IMG/VR virus record: IMGVR_UViG_3300037452_000193
Span: 1 to 57,163 of that record
Length of the DNA: 57,163 bases
Direction: 5' to 3' (one strand)
From: a virus
Lineage: Duplodnaviria; Caudoviricetes
In this document: positions 17,709 through 26,599 of the stretch, in pieces
Numbering within the stretch: position 1 is the first letter of the stretch
Layout of the letters: each line of letters begins with the position of its first letter
The notes under the pieces: generated by a model
The model's input: the letters and a program-made list of their open reading frames with translations, nothing else
Told to the model about the DNA's origin: nothing
Databases searched by the model: none
Position numbers and translations under genes: made by a program

Positions 17709-18089
17709 TCACGCTTCCTCTTTCTGTTCGACTGCCGTGTGTTCCCACCAGTAGTCGGGGTCTTCGTCGTGCTCTGGAACGCAGCGAGTGTGGTGGAAGC
17801 ACCAGCGGCAGAGGAGCAGGCGGCATCGGGAACAGCGGGTGCGCCGCCTGCCTTCCGGCCCTTCGCACGCTTCGCAGGCTTTCAATGGCTTCGTGGGTTC
17901 GACTGGCCCGTCATGCGCTGCTCCTGCGTAATCCGATCCTGAACCGATCATCCCGTGCGTGGGTTCGACTGGTGGGGCTGGAGGGTGGACGCTTCGTGGT
18001 CGGCCGCAGATGCCGCAGCCTTCGTTGCCCCATTCGTCCAAGGGGTTGAGCGTGCGCTTGGCGAACGGGTGCGGGGCGTAGATCGGCAT
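17709..18089 (-). CDS. Cys-rich hypothetical protein
   Basis: ATG overlaps the upstream stop. Multiple CxxC motifs. Confidence 0.5.
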   Translation of the reverse strand: MPIYAPHPFAKRTLNPLDEWGNEGCGICGRPRSVHPPAPPVEPTHGMIGSGSDYAGAAHDGPVEPTKPLKACEACEGPEGRRRTRCSRCRLLLCRWCFHHTRCVPEHDEDPDYWWEHTAVEQKEEA

Positions 18090-18589
18090 CAGCCACCCCC
18101 TGGGTTGTGCCAGAACGGATCGGGCATCGTGTCGTCGCAGGCTTCGCAGATCAGTCCACCGTTGCCGTCCTGACGCTGATTTGCGTGAGTGCATTTGGGT
18201 GGGGCTGGAGAGGGAGGGGCGGCACAAGCGTCGAGTGCTGCGTACACACCAAGTGCGAGGGCTGCCCGGTCTGCGCTGTCAACGGAGTGACGCCATTCGT
18301 TCGTTGCCACCCAAAGCTTCATCAGGTTGGCAACGAGTGCGAGGTCCGGTCCTTTTGCCTCGATGATTTGTCGAGCTAGTGCGGTCTCCCCTTCTAGCTC
18401 GCTGACTCTGGCAAGGGCGGCGTCCAACTGGTCGATGAGGGCGATGGCACACCGAGTATCCAGAGGAATCGTGGCTCGGACACCTACGCACCGTTTTCGG
18501 AGTCGTCGCAAGAACGAACTGGTCAACGGCGGGAAATGTCCGAGGGGGACCTCCCGCATATGTTCGGCATCACGCTTTTCGTCAGCCAT
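18089..18589 (-). CDS. Hypothetical protein (coiled coil plus C-terminal Zn knuckle)
   Basis: LARVSELE heptads and CTH...CEAC. Confidence 0.55.
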   Translation of the reverse strand: MADEKRDAEHMREVPLGHFPPLTSSFLRRLRKRCVGVRATIPLDTRCAIALIDQLDAALARVSELEGETALARQIIEAKGPDLALVANLMKLWVATNEWRHSVDSADRAALALGVYAALDACAAPPSPAPPKCTHANQRQDGNGGLICEACDDTMPDPFWHNPGGG

Positions 18590-18892
18590 TGAGATTCGCT
18601 TTCTGCTCTCGCTCGTACTGATCTCGGCGCAGTAGACGACACAGGATGGGCTGTCCTTTCTGCGCCTCCTCGATTCGATCAGCCAGATGGTCAGTCACCG
18701 GCCAGTCTTTGGTCCCAATGGTGGGTCGTCCATCGACGTAGGTGGTCTGCGAGTCTTCATGGAGCCTGAGCGACCAGACCTCAATCCAGACGTATTCGAC
18801 TACCTCCTCGGAGACTTCCCGTTTCGTTTCGACTTTTCGGCCTTCGTCGCTGACCGGTGCCTCGCTCTCCTGTTCGTCGGTCGGGTCAGGCA

Positions 18893-18893
<1 letters not shown>
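18582..18893 (-). CDS. Hypothetical protein
   Basis: ATG overlaps the stop of the Ser-repeat ORF. MPDPTDEQESEAPVSDEG... Confidence 0.5.
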
Positions 18894-19056
<163 letters not shown>

Positions 19057-19060
<4 letters not shown>

Positions 19061-19395
19061 TTCTGGTCCTTCGGAAGAACGTGGTTCCAGGGGAACATGT
19101 CGGTGACAGCGTTGGCGTTGACCCAACAGGTGCCGACCGGCTCGACCTCGCTGAGTGTGCCGTCCTTTATCGCCTGCATGAATCGGCCGCTGTTGGCGAC
19201 CCACGAAGCGTCGGCCAGTTCGATGAGATTTCCGTTCACGGCTTTCACTTTGCCGACCAGGTGGTAGGTCACGGTGCGGATGAACAGCTTTTTGCCCACG
19301 AAGTCAGAGAGCGCCGAAATGTCGGTGGCCCCGCCTTCGCATAGTTCAGCCGAGAGAGCCTCGGCCAGTTCGTCGCTGATTTCAATGGTCTTCAT
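19057..19395 (-). CDS. Small beta-barrel phage protein (DUF6948-like)
   Basis: VGKK.FIRTVTYH.VG......L.DASWVA.SGRF......EVEP. AAAGGAA RBS. Confidence 0.7.
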
Positions 19396-19440
19396 TGGTT
19401 CCTTTCTTGGTTGTTCCCCTCGCTCGGTGTCACGGGTAGC

Positions 19441-19629
19441 TCAGGCATGACATCCCCATTTCGCACCGCACCGGCATTTGTGGTCACTGACGTGATCGAA
19501 CTTTCGCTCGCACCCGTGACCGTTCCAGAGGTCGCAGCACTTCCCACGACAGTGATGACAACGCTCCGATACCGGGATGATGTGAGCACAGACGGGACAG
19601 AGTCCACCAGGCGTTCCTATTGCTGGCAT
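19441..19629 (-). CDS. Very Cys-rich small protein
   Basis: 10 Cys in 62 aa. Follows the repeated leader ending in AAAGG. Confidence 0.5.
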   Translation of the reverse strand: MPAIGTPGGLCPVCAHIIPVSERCHHCRGKCCDLWNGHGCERKFDHVSDHKCRCGAKWGCHA

Positions 19630-19638
19630 CCAATCGAC

Positions 19639-19665
19639 CCTTTCGTCCGAGGGCTGTCGGGGAGC
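19639..19665 (-). repeat. 27-bp leader repeat, copy 1 (copy 2 at 20116-20142)
   Basis: GCTCCCCGACA(G/A)CCCTCGGACGAAAGG with one mismatch between copies. Confidence 0.85.
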
Positions 19666-19757
19666 AGTCAGAGTACGACCAGGAAACGCCTCTCGACCGC
19701 ACGCATTCGGACGCTGGCATTTACCGCCCTCGTCGCAGCATCTCAGCCACTCAGCCG

Positions 19758-19964
19758 TCACCATGCCGTCGCCCACCTCCCGCAGCGGTCGCACCGCCAG
19801 AGCTTGTTTCGTCCGAGGTCGGTGAGGTGCTGGTGCCGCCCGGATTCGGGATGATCGCACTTCCGGGTGCGCCACCAGGCGACGAGACTGCCGAGGTAGA
19901 CCATGCGGCTCACGTTGCCTTTCAGCTCGGGAAAGAACGGCTCGTCAGGCACCTTGCGGCACAT
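19758..19964 (-). CDS. Small zinc-ribbon protein
   Basis: CDH...CDRCG. Confidence 0.45.
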   Translation of the reverse strand: MCRKVPDEPFFPELKGNVSRMVYLGSLVAWWRTRKCDHPESGRHQHLTDLGRNKLWRCDRCGRWATAW

Positions 19965-20106
19965 CCGTTGGACGCCCGGTCTGCTGCACGTAATAGGTGA
20001 TGTCGGCCAGGACTTCGGCCACCGGGTTGTTACCGGGGTCGGTGGTGTAGAGGCCGAGGATCGCTGCGATCTGATCTAGGGCGGCGCTGTCGCTCATGCT
20101 GTCCAT
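19945..20106 (-). CDS. Small hypothetical protein
   Basis: AAAGGA RBS. MSDSAALDQIAAIL...V..TGR. Confidence 0.55.
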   Translation of the reverse strand: MDSMSDSAALDQIAAILGLYTTDPGNNPVAEVLADITYYVQQTGRPTDVPQGA

Positions 20107-20115
20107 GTCCAGTTT

Positions 20116-20142
20116 CCTTTCGTCCGAGGGTTGTCGGGGAGC
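20116..20142 (-). repeat. 27-bp leader repeat, copy 2
   Basis: Near-identical to 19639-19665. Confidence 0.85.
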
Positions 20143-20304
20143 GGGGTCGTCAGTCACCATGCGTTACCTCCATGCCAGATGCCAGAGAGGACGGCCCAGG
20201 TGAACACGCCGCCACCAACGAACCCCAGGCTGAGGAAATACACGCACAGTCGATTGAGTTTCACATCGCTCCCCTTTCGTCGGCTCCCTCTCGGGACTCC
20301 CGGC

Positions 20305-20514
20305 TCACCGGAAACACACTTTGCAGAGCGCGTTCCAGGGCGCGCGCGCTTCCATGTCCTCACGCAAGTGGTTGTCGTCGCGGATGCCGAAGGTCTCGGG
20401 ATAGAACCAAGGAACTGCTTGTTTCGCCCGCTTGCAATCGGCATGGTGAATCGTGCGACCATCTCGACTTCGCTTGTATCGCGGCTCTGAGCCACCGGAG
20501 GGGGTTTCAGGCAT
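20305..20514 (-). CDS. Small hypothetical protein (HxxxC...CxxC)
   Basis: TGATG coupling to the MazG gene. Confidence 0.55.
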   Translation of the reverse strand: MPETPSGGSEPRYKRSRDGRTIHHADCKRAKQAVPWFYPETFGIRDDNHLREDMEARAPWNALCKVCFR

Positions 20515-20930
20515 CAGAACGGCGACAGCCACGGAAGCTCCTCGGGGAAGCCTTGAGCGGCGCTGACGCGGTTGAACTTGCTGACGATGGACCGCGGCAG
20601 GTCGATTCCGTAGTGCCAGGCGAGCAGGTCGAGGTAGAGGAACACGTCCGCCAGTTCATCGGCCAGCATCGCTCCTAGTTCGTAGACTGGCGGGTCGTTC
20701 GGCCCCGGAGCCATCCCGCACTCGACCCGGCGCAGCTTCTTGATGACGTTCAGCGCCTCGCCGCATTCGCCGCCGAGAGCCGTGGCCCAGTCAGCGCCCG
20801 TCCAGTCGTTGCGATCCTCGTGCCAGCGGCGGCACCTCGCCGTGTTCATCGCGTGCACCTGCTCGAACGTCAAATGGTCTGTCCTTCCGCCTTCGTCACT
20901 CACGGGTGGGGGGGTTTCGGATTCAGGCAC
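20514..20930 (-). CDS. mazG: MazG-like nucleoside triphosphate pyrophosphohydrolase
   Basis: L.GE.GEA.N.IKK...ELADV..YL..LA...GIDL.....KFN. Confidence 0.9.
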   Translation of the reverse strand: MPESETPPPVSDEGGRTDHLTFEQVHAMNTARCRRWHEDRNDWTGADWATALGGECGEALNVIKKLRRVECGMAPGPNDPPVYELGAMLADELADVFLYLDLLAWHYGIDLPRSIVSKFNRVSAAQGFPEELPWLSPF

Positions 20931-21154
20931 GATGCGTCGTCAATCGGTAGCCGTCAGAACACGGCACAACATCCATGCGATATTCCCCCACGTAGGTCCA
21001 GCAAGGGATTCGCTTGCGATGGTTGATGTTGGGGCGGGTCGAATCGCCACATGAACATCTCGCCTCACCGGGCTTCTCTGCTTCTTGGGGGCGGTCAGGG
21101 GTCACGACGTTCCTACCAACTGACCGAGGCGTTCGATGCGAGCCTCCTTGTCGG

Positions 21155-21895
21155 TCACTTCGATTCCTTTCGGGGTTCGGGCAACGCAGCCTTGTGAGCC
21201 GCATGACTCGGTGATTCCCAGGTCCAGAGGGTCGGGCTGTTGGCCGAAGCGGCATGCCATTTGGCCAGCTCAGCCTCTCCTCGACCGTGCCTTTCGCCGG
21301 CTGAGTCCGTCTGTAGCTTGCGCTTGCGGTACTTGATGAACGTTCCATCCACTGACAGACAGCCCATCCGGTCAGCGGCCATGTAGCGGCGTTCGCTGTT
21401 GACCCGACCCATGTGGACCCACTTCCCGGCGTTGCGGGCTTCTCGGGCCAACTCGGCGGCGGCTTCGGACTCCTTCCACTCCTTCCAGCCTGGGGTGCGC
21501 TTCTCGCCGCCGATGAATAGGCAGTCCAGTTCGTCCCAGGGCCAGTGAAGGCGTTCGGCCCCATCCTGGGCCACCACCGCCACCGGAAAGCCGAGAGCGC
21601 GCATTTCCGGGGCGAAGGCCAAACCGCGCACAAGTGACTGGCCAGCGTCGGGGTAAACATCGGGGGCGACGGCGAACAGGCATCGGGTGGTCGGAAGTTG
21701 TTCGATCCACTCGGCCCATTCCTGCTCGATCCAGGTGTCAGCGAAACAGCCGTTGTCAGCCGCCCAAAACGGGTATCGAAGGACGCGCAGGTGGTAGCTG
21801 TTCCCCTGTTGGATCATCAGCCCATCGCCCTGGGCGATGATGGTCGGCTCAATGCGATCGTTGGTGACGCCAGTGAGGTAGATCACCGCTGTCAC
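21155..21895 (-). CDS. DpdA/TGT-like (guanine transglycosylase fold) protein
   Basis: WAADNGCF, APDV..D, VAQDG, FIGG, VHMGRVNS..R and SVDGT. Confidence 0.7.
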   Translation of the reverse strand: MTAVIYLTGVTNDRIEPTIIAQGDGLMIQQGNSYHLRVLRYPFWAADNGCFADTWIEQEWAEWIEQLPTTRCLFAVAPDVYPDAGQSLVRGLAFAPEMRALGFPVAVVAQDGAERLHWPWDELDCLFIGGEKRTPGWKEWKESEAAAELAREARNAGKWVHMGRVNSERRYMAADRMGCLSVDGTFIKYRKRKLQTDSAGERHGRGEAELAKWHAASANSPTLWTWESPSHAAHKAALPEPRKESK

Positions 21896-22119
21896 CAGTA
21901 CCGCTGGTCCTCGGCGTTGCCTGAGCCGCGACAGTTCGGGCACCGATGGAATTGACCGTTGCAACCTGCTTCCCAGCACCCTTCGGAACTACCGGTATCC
22001 TCACAGTCCTCGACTCCTTCGCCGCCGCAGGTCGTGCAGGCATCGACCGAGTAGTCGTATTCCTCGACGTCTTCACAGGCCGCGAGCAAGGTGGCAACCT
22101 CGTCTTGTTCCTCGGGCAT
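21892..22119 (-). CDS. DnaJ-type zinc-finger small protein
   Basis: CTTCGGEG...CPNCRGSG. Confidence 0.6.
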   Translation of the reverse strand: MPEEQDEVATLLAACEDVEEYDYSVDACTTCGGEGVEDCEDTGSSEGCWEAGCNGQFHRCPNCRGSGNAEDQRYW

Positions 22120-22121
22120 CG

Positions 22122-22358
22122 TCACCGCTGCGCCGCCTCCCACTCCTGCTTGGTTGGAGCGCAGTCGAAGACCTGCCAGAAAGGCTCCCGATGGACGATT
22201 GCGACCAAGGCTCGGCGATGGCGGCGTTCCCGACTCTGGCGAGTGTTCGCCTCCGTGCAGACCGCACAGCGGCATCCTCGTCGGTACTGGTAGTTGCCGT
22301 GCCTCACGGCCGGTACCTCCAGCAACAGGGATAATGCTCGGGAGCCTTGTGCCCGCAC
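22122..22358 (-). CDS. Small protein with HG..Y..GCRC..C motif (start uncertain)
   Basis: Motif recurrent in actinophage proteins. Confidence 0.5.
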   Translation of the reverse strand: MRAQGSRALSLLLEVPAVRHGNYQYRRGCRCAVCTEANTRQSRERRHRRALVAIVHREPFWQVFDCAPTKQEWEAAQR

Positions 22359-22419
22359 TCAATGCAGTGATGACGAGGTCGGGGTCTGGCGAGCACGATT
22401 TTGTACCACCCAGGTCGGC

Positions 22420-22941
22420 TCACCCCACCTCCTCCCCGCATGTCTTGCATCGACGGTGGAGCAGGCCGAGGGGTTTCCAGTTGATGCAGGACTCTTGCTC
22501 GAAGTGCAGCGACTTTTGCCCGCGAACAACATGGCTGTCGCACAGTCCCTGTGGCAATCTCCCGACGCTCCACGTCACCGGCTCCCACCACTCCTCGATT
22601 TCGTGCTGGTGCGTTTCGAGGATGACAGCTTTGATCTTGCGGAGCGGAGCGCCACCGCGTGCCTTGCTGTAGCGGCCATAGGGGACGACCTGACCCGCCG
22701 AATATTTCTCGTCGTCCCAGAACAAGCCGCGCTCACTCAGTTCGATCCGCTCCTCGTAGCCTTCCTCTGTCGGTTGGTCGGGGAGGAGGGTCAAGTTGTC
22801 GGTCGGGGACTCATACCAGGATGAAGCCGCTTCGTCTTTTATGACTGACACCCGTCCGGTTGTTACACGAGACTTCTTGACGACAGTCCCCTCCCACCCG
22901 TCCTTGTGGCGCACCCGATCACCGGGCTTGAAGGTGGTCAT
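22420..22941 (-). CDS. Hypothetical protein with N-terminal KOW/SH3-like module
   Basis: MTTFKPGDRVRHKDGWEGTVV. Confidence 0.6.
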   Translation of the reverse strand: MTTFKPGDRVRHKDGWEGTVVKKSRVTTGRVSVIKDEAASSWYESPTDNLTLLPDQPTEEGYEERIELSERGLFWDDEKYSAGQVVPYGRYSKARGGAPLRKIKAVILETHQHEIEEWWEPVTWSVGRLPQGLCDSHVVRGQKSLHFEQESCINWKPLGLLHRRCKTCGEEVG

Positions 22942-23038
22942 CGGGCGTAGCCCGGCGGGGCGATCACCGCAGTGGCCTCCTCGTGATATCGGATGCGTCG
23001 GGTCTTCACTGGGGCTCCTTTGTGAAAGAATGTGCGGC

Positions 23039-23635
23039 ATGGGTCAAGCAGGGACCATATGCGTCGTGGAGGGGTGCCCGAACCTCTTGACCAGGCACTC
23101 CTCCTTCGGAATGTGTGGCAAGCACGCTCGCAAGATGCGCCTCTATGGCGACCCCCTTGCGGGGAAAACAGCCGTGCGGCGGGGGATGACGTCTTCCGAA
23201 TACCAACGATGGTGGCGGAAGCAGAATCCCGGCAAGCAGGCCGAATACGGACGGCGCTGGCGGGAGAGGAATCCTGATTTTGACTTCGCTGGACAGGCGC
23301 GTCGCGTTGCCCTTCGTCGGTTCGGCCTCACTCCGGAAGGCTTCGATGCCCTGCTCGCGTCCCAGGCGGGGTGCTGCGCAATCTGTGGGACTCCCGAACC
23401 TGGCGGGCAAGGTACGTGGCATATCGACCACGACCATGATTGCTGCCCACAACGCAAGAGATCTTGTGGTAAATGCATCCGCGGGCTGCTTTGCCACCAC
23501 TGCAACACGGCGCTCGGTCTCTTCCGGGACCATCCGGGCAACCTCTACCATGCTCTCGAATACCTTGAGCATCACGGACTCCAGCGCCTGTCTGCCTCCA
23601 GCCGCTCCCCCTCAAGCGCCTCGGCCGCTTTCTGA
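23039..23635 (+). CDS. Endonuclease VII-family nuclease, inverted relative to neighbours
   Basis: FGLT.E....L..Q.G.CAICG...HIDHDH.CC...C..CIRGLLC..CN.ALG..RD. Confidence 0.9.
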   Translation: MGQAGTICVVEGCPNLLTRHSSFGMCGKHARKMRLYGDPLAGKTAVRRGMTSSEYQRWWRKQNPGKQAEYGRRWRERNPDFDFAGQARRVALRRFGLTPEGFDALLASQAGCCAICGTPEPGGQGTWHIDHDHDCCPQRKRSCGKCIRGLLCHHCNTALGLFRDHPGNLYHALEYLEHHGLQRLSASSRSPSSASAAF

Positions 23636-24564
23636 GCCCTCTTGGTCCAATCCTTCCCGAGAGCCTCCCCGATGGCCAGGAGAGGCTCCCAGCAGTCCGC
23701 ACGGCGGTCTCTGATGTCTCCGAGGTCGGGTCGGGCTGCCCGAAGAGCGGGGACATTGACGCGCTCCCACTCGGCTAATGATGTCCTGAGAGTCTCAGCC
23801 TCCGGTCCCACATCTCGGAGTCGAAACTCGTCGACGCGCCGCCGCGGCTTCGACATCGGGACCACAATGGCTCGGTCCTTGATGGTCGGCGGCAGGGTAG
23901 TGAATCCGATGCCAGCTAGGGCAGTGGCCGCGAACGCTGGCAGTGCCTCGATCTCGGTCTTGCCTTTGCATCGATAGGCACTTGCCCCACGCCTGTGACC
24001 TGCGTTGATGACTCCCCGGAGAGTTTCGTTCGACCTTCCACCGCCCCACACCACATCCACCTCATCGACCAGGAGCGTGGTCTGAGCAGCGGCGATCATC
24101 CGCAAGAGCACTACGCCGGTCACGTCGGCCACCCGTCGCGGGTTCGGGGTCAGGAGCTCGAGCACCTCAAGCGTCCGTGTCTTGCCACAACCAGGCTCGT
24201 CGCTCAAGAAAGCCAGTCTCGGCGTCGATTCGGCGGACGAGATGGCGTGAGCGTGCATCGTCCACAAAGTCACCGTCGTCAGGTGGTCCTCGGTCGGGAA
24301 AGCCACGAATGAGTGCAGGAACCCGGCGACTCGATCGGCCAAGGCCTCACCATCGATCGGCTCAGACTGTTCCCATTCCGACCGTATCAGGTCCTCCTGC
24401 AGGCTCTCAGCGCCTCTCACAGGGGTCTCAGGAGCCTCCCTGGGAGCGTTCGCCGCGGCCCAGGCCCGAAGGGCGGCCATCTGATCTCCAGGGGCCACAG
24501 ACGGCCGCACAGCGCCTCTCCCCGGTGTCCTGACACTTCTGGCCAGGCGAGCCGGGCGGATCAC
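23572..24564 (-). CDS. DUF3631-type P-loop protein (replication-associated)
   Basis: LW..H.H...TPRL...S.E.GCGKT.LE, LLVDEVD, INAGH, TI.DR and R.AD.WEPL. Confidence 0.8.
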   Translation of the reverse strand: MIRPARLARSVRTPGRGAVRPSVAPGDQMAALRAWAAANAPREAPETPVRGAESLQEDLIRSEWEQSEPIDGEALADRVAGFLHSFVAFPTEDHLTTVTLWTMHAHAISSAESTPRLAFLSDEPGCGKTRTLEVLELLTPNPRRVADVTGVVLLRMIAAAQTTLLVDEVDVVWGGGRSNETLRGVINAGHRRGASAYRCKGKTEIEALPAFAATALAGIGFTTLPPTIKDRAIVVPMSKPRRRVDEFRLRDVGPEAETLRTSLAEWERVNVPALRAARPDLGDIRDRRADCWEPLLAIGEALGKDWTKRAQKAAEALEGERLEADRRWSP

Positions 24565-24848
24565 GGCGTCACCTTGGCCAGAAAGTGCTCGAGCGCGGCG
24601 TCTGCCTCTGGGTGACGCGGTGAGGCACCGCGGGTCCGCACCATCCGGACCATGAGCTCCTCGGCTTTGGCCGCGTCGGCCCTGGTCGAGAAGGCCAGGT
24701 CAGCCGCCTCGGGCTCCGGGCAGGCGATCACCCATCGGCCGTCCGACTGCTTGGCCACGCATCCCACGCCACCGTTGGTGTGATGGACGTTGTCCACGTA
24801 CCATCCGCCGTGCCGCCACCGCTCCGTGAACCGAGGCTCCCAGGTCAT
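24561..24848 (-). CDS. Hypothetical protein
   Basis: GAGG RBS, ATGA coupling. WRHGGWYV...G.GCV...W.I.C. Confidence 0.6.
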   Translation of the reverse strand: MTWEPRFTERWRHGGWYVDNVHHTNGGVGCVAKQSDGRWVIACPEPEAADLAFSTRADAAKAEELMVRMVRTRGASPRHPEADAALEHFLAKVTP

Positions 24849-25132
24849 GACGGGACCTCGAGATCCGTGGTCGTCACGCGGTATTGGCCCTTGTTGTCGG
24901 GCGAGCACTGCCAGGACATTCCGGATTGCATGGTGATCCGGACCCACCGATCGGTCTGACCCGGGCTCACGGCTTCGACCTCGTCGTCGAAGATGACGCC
25001 GTTTTGCCGATAGATGATGCGGTCGCCTTGGCACAGATCGGCAGCCCTGGTGGCCAACCCTTCAAGCGTGAGCAGGGCATCTATCGCCTGCTCCGCGGTC
25101 ACTTCTCTCAGGTCAAGCACTTTCGTCTCCAT
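24845..25132 (-). CDS. Hypothetical protein, first gene after the promoter at about 25180 (start 25132 or 25120)
   Basis: A.DL..GD.I beta-barrel pattern. CCCTACGGAA leader. Confidence 0.6.
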   Translation of the reverse strand: METKVLDLREVTAEQAIDALLTLEGLATRAADLCQGDRIIYRQNGVIFDDEVEAVSPGQTDRWVRITMQSGMSWQCSPDNKGQYRVTTTDLEVPS

Positions 25133-25149
25133 TTCCGTAGGGGTGTGAT

Positions 25150-25196
25150 ACACACTGCGCCCTTTCGGGCTTTCTGTCAATACAAAGTGTCAATAC
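25150..25196 (-). promoter_or_regulatory. Leftward promoter with two TGTCAATAC sites
   Basis: TTGACA at 25180-25175. Motif copies at 25175-25183 and 25188-25196. Confidence 0.6.
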
Positions 25197-25351
25197 GGAG
25201 GGTATTGGTGGGCCACCAGCCGCATTCGACCTTCCGCCGGGACGCACACAACCCAGGCATGGCATGACGGGCACTCAGCGGACCGATTGATCGGACCCCA
25301 CAAACCCTCGCGCCGGGCGATTAGCTTTCCCCCTCCGGTGCACAGCGTCAT
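25190..25351 (-). CDS. Small Cys/His protein
   Basis: MTLCTGGG...CPSC...H. ATGA coupling with ParB. Confidence 0.5.
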   Translation of the reverse strand: MTLCTGGGKLIARREGLWGPINRSAECPSCHAWVVCVPAEGRMRLVAHQYPPY

Positions 25352-26250
25352 GCTCGCCCTGTCTCTTCGGCCCATCCGTCGATGGTCGACCGATACCACG
25401 CCGGAGCCTTCGAAACGTACAGGTCAGGCTCCGGCAGGAGAGCGCGGACCTTCCATTTGTGGGCGGTTGCAGGCACGACTCCGAGGTGCTCCGCGATGTC
25501 CACCAGGCCCAGCACCGACTCGCGCGTCATCGCGTTTTCGGCCCGGGCCATCCGCTCCCCCTCGTTGACCAGGTACCGGGCCAGCTCGACCGACCATTCC
25601 TCGGTTGCGAGACGGAAATCTCCCCCAAAGAGCGCCGATTCCTCTTGAGCGGCCTCTGCGGCTTTCCTGGCCGCCTCTCCGCACGCTCCGACCCACGCTC
25701 CCAGGTTGGGAGCATCCTCGAGCAGTCGAACCATGGTGGCTTGTACCGCCGGAGCCAAGGCATACAACGGTCGACACCAGGCAAAGCCTCGCGCCGCCAT
25801 GATCGGACGTACCGCGGGGTCCAGGCGCAAGAGTTCGAGCCGGTTCCTGACAAAGCCAGGGGTCCGACCGACACTCTCCGCAATTCGCTCGACCGTCCAC
25901 CCCGCGTCGACCAGTTCCCCAAACCCTTCGGCATCTTCCCAGGGTTGCGCCTCGTGGTGCGTCAGGTTGTCGGCCATGGCGCTGGCCAGCTCCTCGGCTC
26001 TGTCTGCAGGGTCTTCGACATAGGCAGGGATCTCCGACCACCCCAGGCCCTCAACGGCCGTCAGCCGGTGATCTCCCCCTTTCAACCGATACCGACCGTC
26101 AGGGGTTGGAACGACGCGGATCGGATTGTGCAATCCTTCGGCTTTGATCCGATTGCGCAGTCCATCGACGTCGTCGACCTTTCGGTAGTTGTGACGGTCG
26201 ATGAGGTGCACCGACACGAGCACCGCGGTTCGGATCTCAGCGGTGCTCAC
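25348..26250 (-). CDS. ParB/Srx-domain protein with central HTH and C-terminal AlpA/excisionase-like HTH
   Basis: L...I...GL.NPI.V......Y.L..G.HRL.A, DNL, W..E.IA..VG.., and LG..DIAE.LGV...T..W....LP.PD....P.W..STI..W. Confidence 0.85.
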   Translation of the reverse strand: MSTAEIRTAVLVSVHLIDRHNYRKVDDVDGLRNRIKAEGLHNPIRVVPTPDGRYRLKGGDHRLTAVEGLGWSEIPAYVEDPADRAEELASAMADNLTHHEAQPWEDAEGFGELVDAGWTVERIAESVGRTPGFVRNRLELLRLDPAVRPIMAARGFAWCRPLYALAPAVQATMVRLLEDAPNLGAWVGACGEAARKAAEAAQEESALFGGDFRLATEEWSVELARYLVNEGERMARAENAMTRESVLGLVDIAEHLGVVPATAHKWKVRALLPEPDLYVSKAPAWYRSTIDGWAEETGRA

Positions 26251-26399
26251 AAGTAATCCTCCCCCGCCTCAGCATCTGAAAGATGGCACGGGCATCTGCA
26301 ATCCGGGTCGATTTCCCACGCCGGATCTCCGACAGCGGAGGTGTATTCCTGAACGCAAGGGCAATTCCCCTCATCGTCGGGGATCTCAATATGGGTCAC
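26247..26399 (-). CDS. Small Cys-containing hypothetical protein (50 aa, absent from the track)
   Basis: GTG...MTHIEIPDDEGNCPC...CRCPCH...YL*. Overlaps both neighbours by GTGA. Confidence 0.5.
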   Translation of the reverse strand: MTHIEIPDDEGNCPCVQEYTSAVGDPAWEIDPDCRCPCHLSDAEAGEDYL

Positions 26400-26599
26400 G
26401 TCGGCCACCTCTTCGCGTTCCACCGAGACTGAAACCGAAGATCACGCCGGTAGGCCCTCACGTCGACGAGGAGCCACCCGACGACCGCGATCCCCAAAGC
26501 ACAGGGGATCGACCACCATTCCAGAGGAGTGCCGATGATGCCGGGCACGATGGCCAGCAGACACCAGTCGGCCAGCTCTGAGCGCGTTGAGCGTTTCAT
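26396..26599 (-). CDS. Small two-TM membrane protein
   Basis: Two hydrophobic stretches and a basic C-terminus. Confidence 0.55.
   Translation of the reverse strand: MKRSTRSELADWCLLAIVPGIIGTPLEWWSIPCALGIAVVGWLLVDVRAYRRDLRFQSRWNAKRWPT

Noticed and set aside
26396-26599. Holin
   Set aside because: It has two TM helices but lies in the early leftward array far from the lysin, so the support is insufficient.
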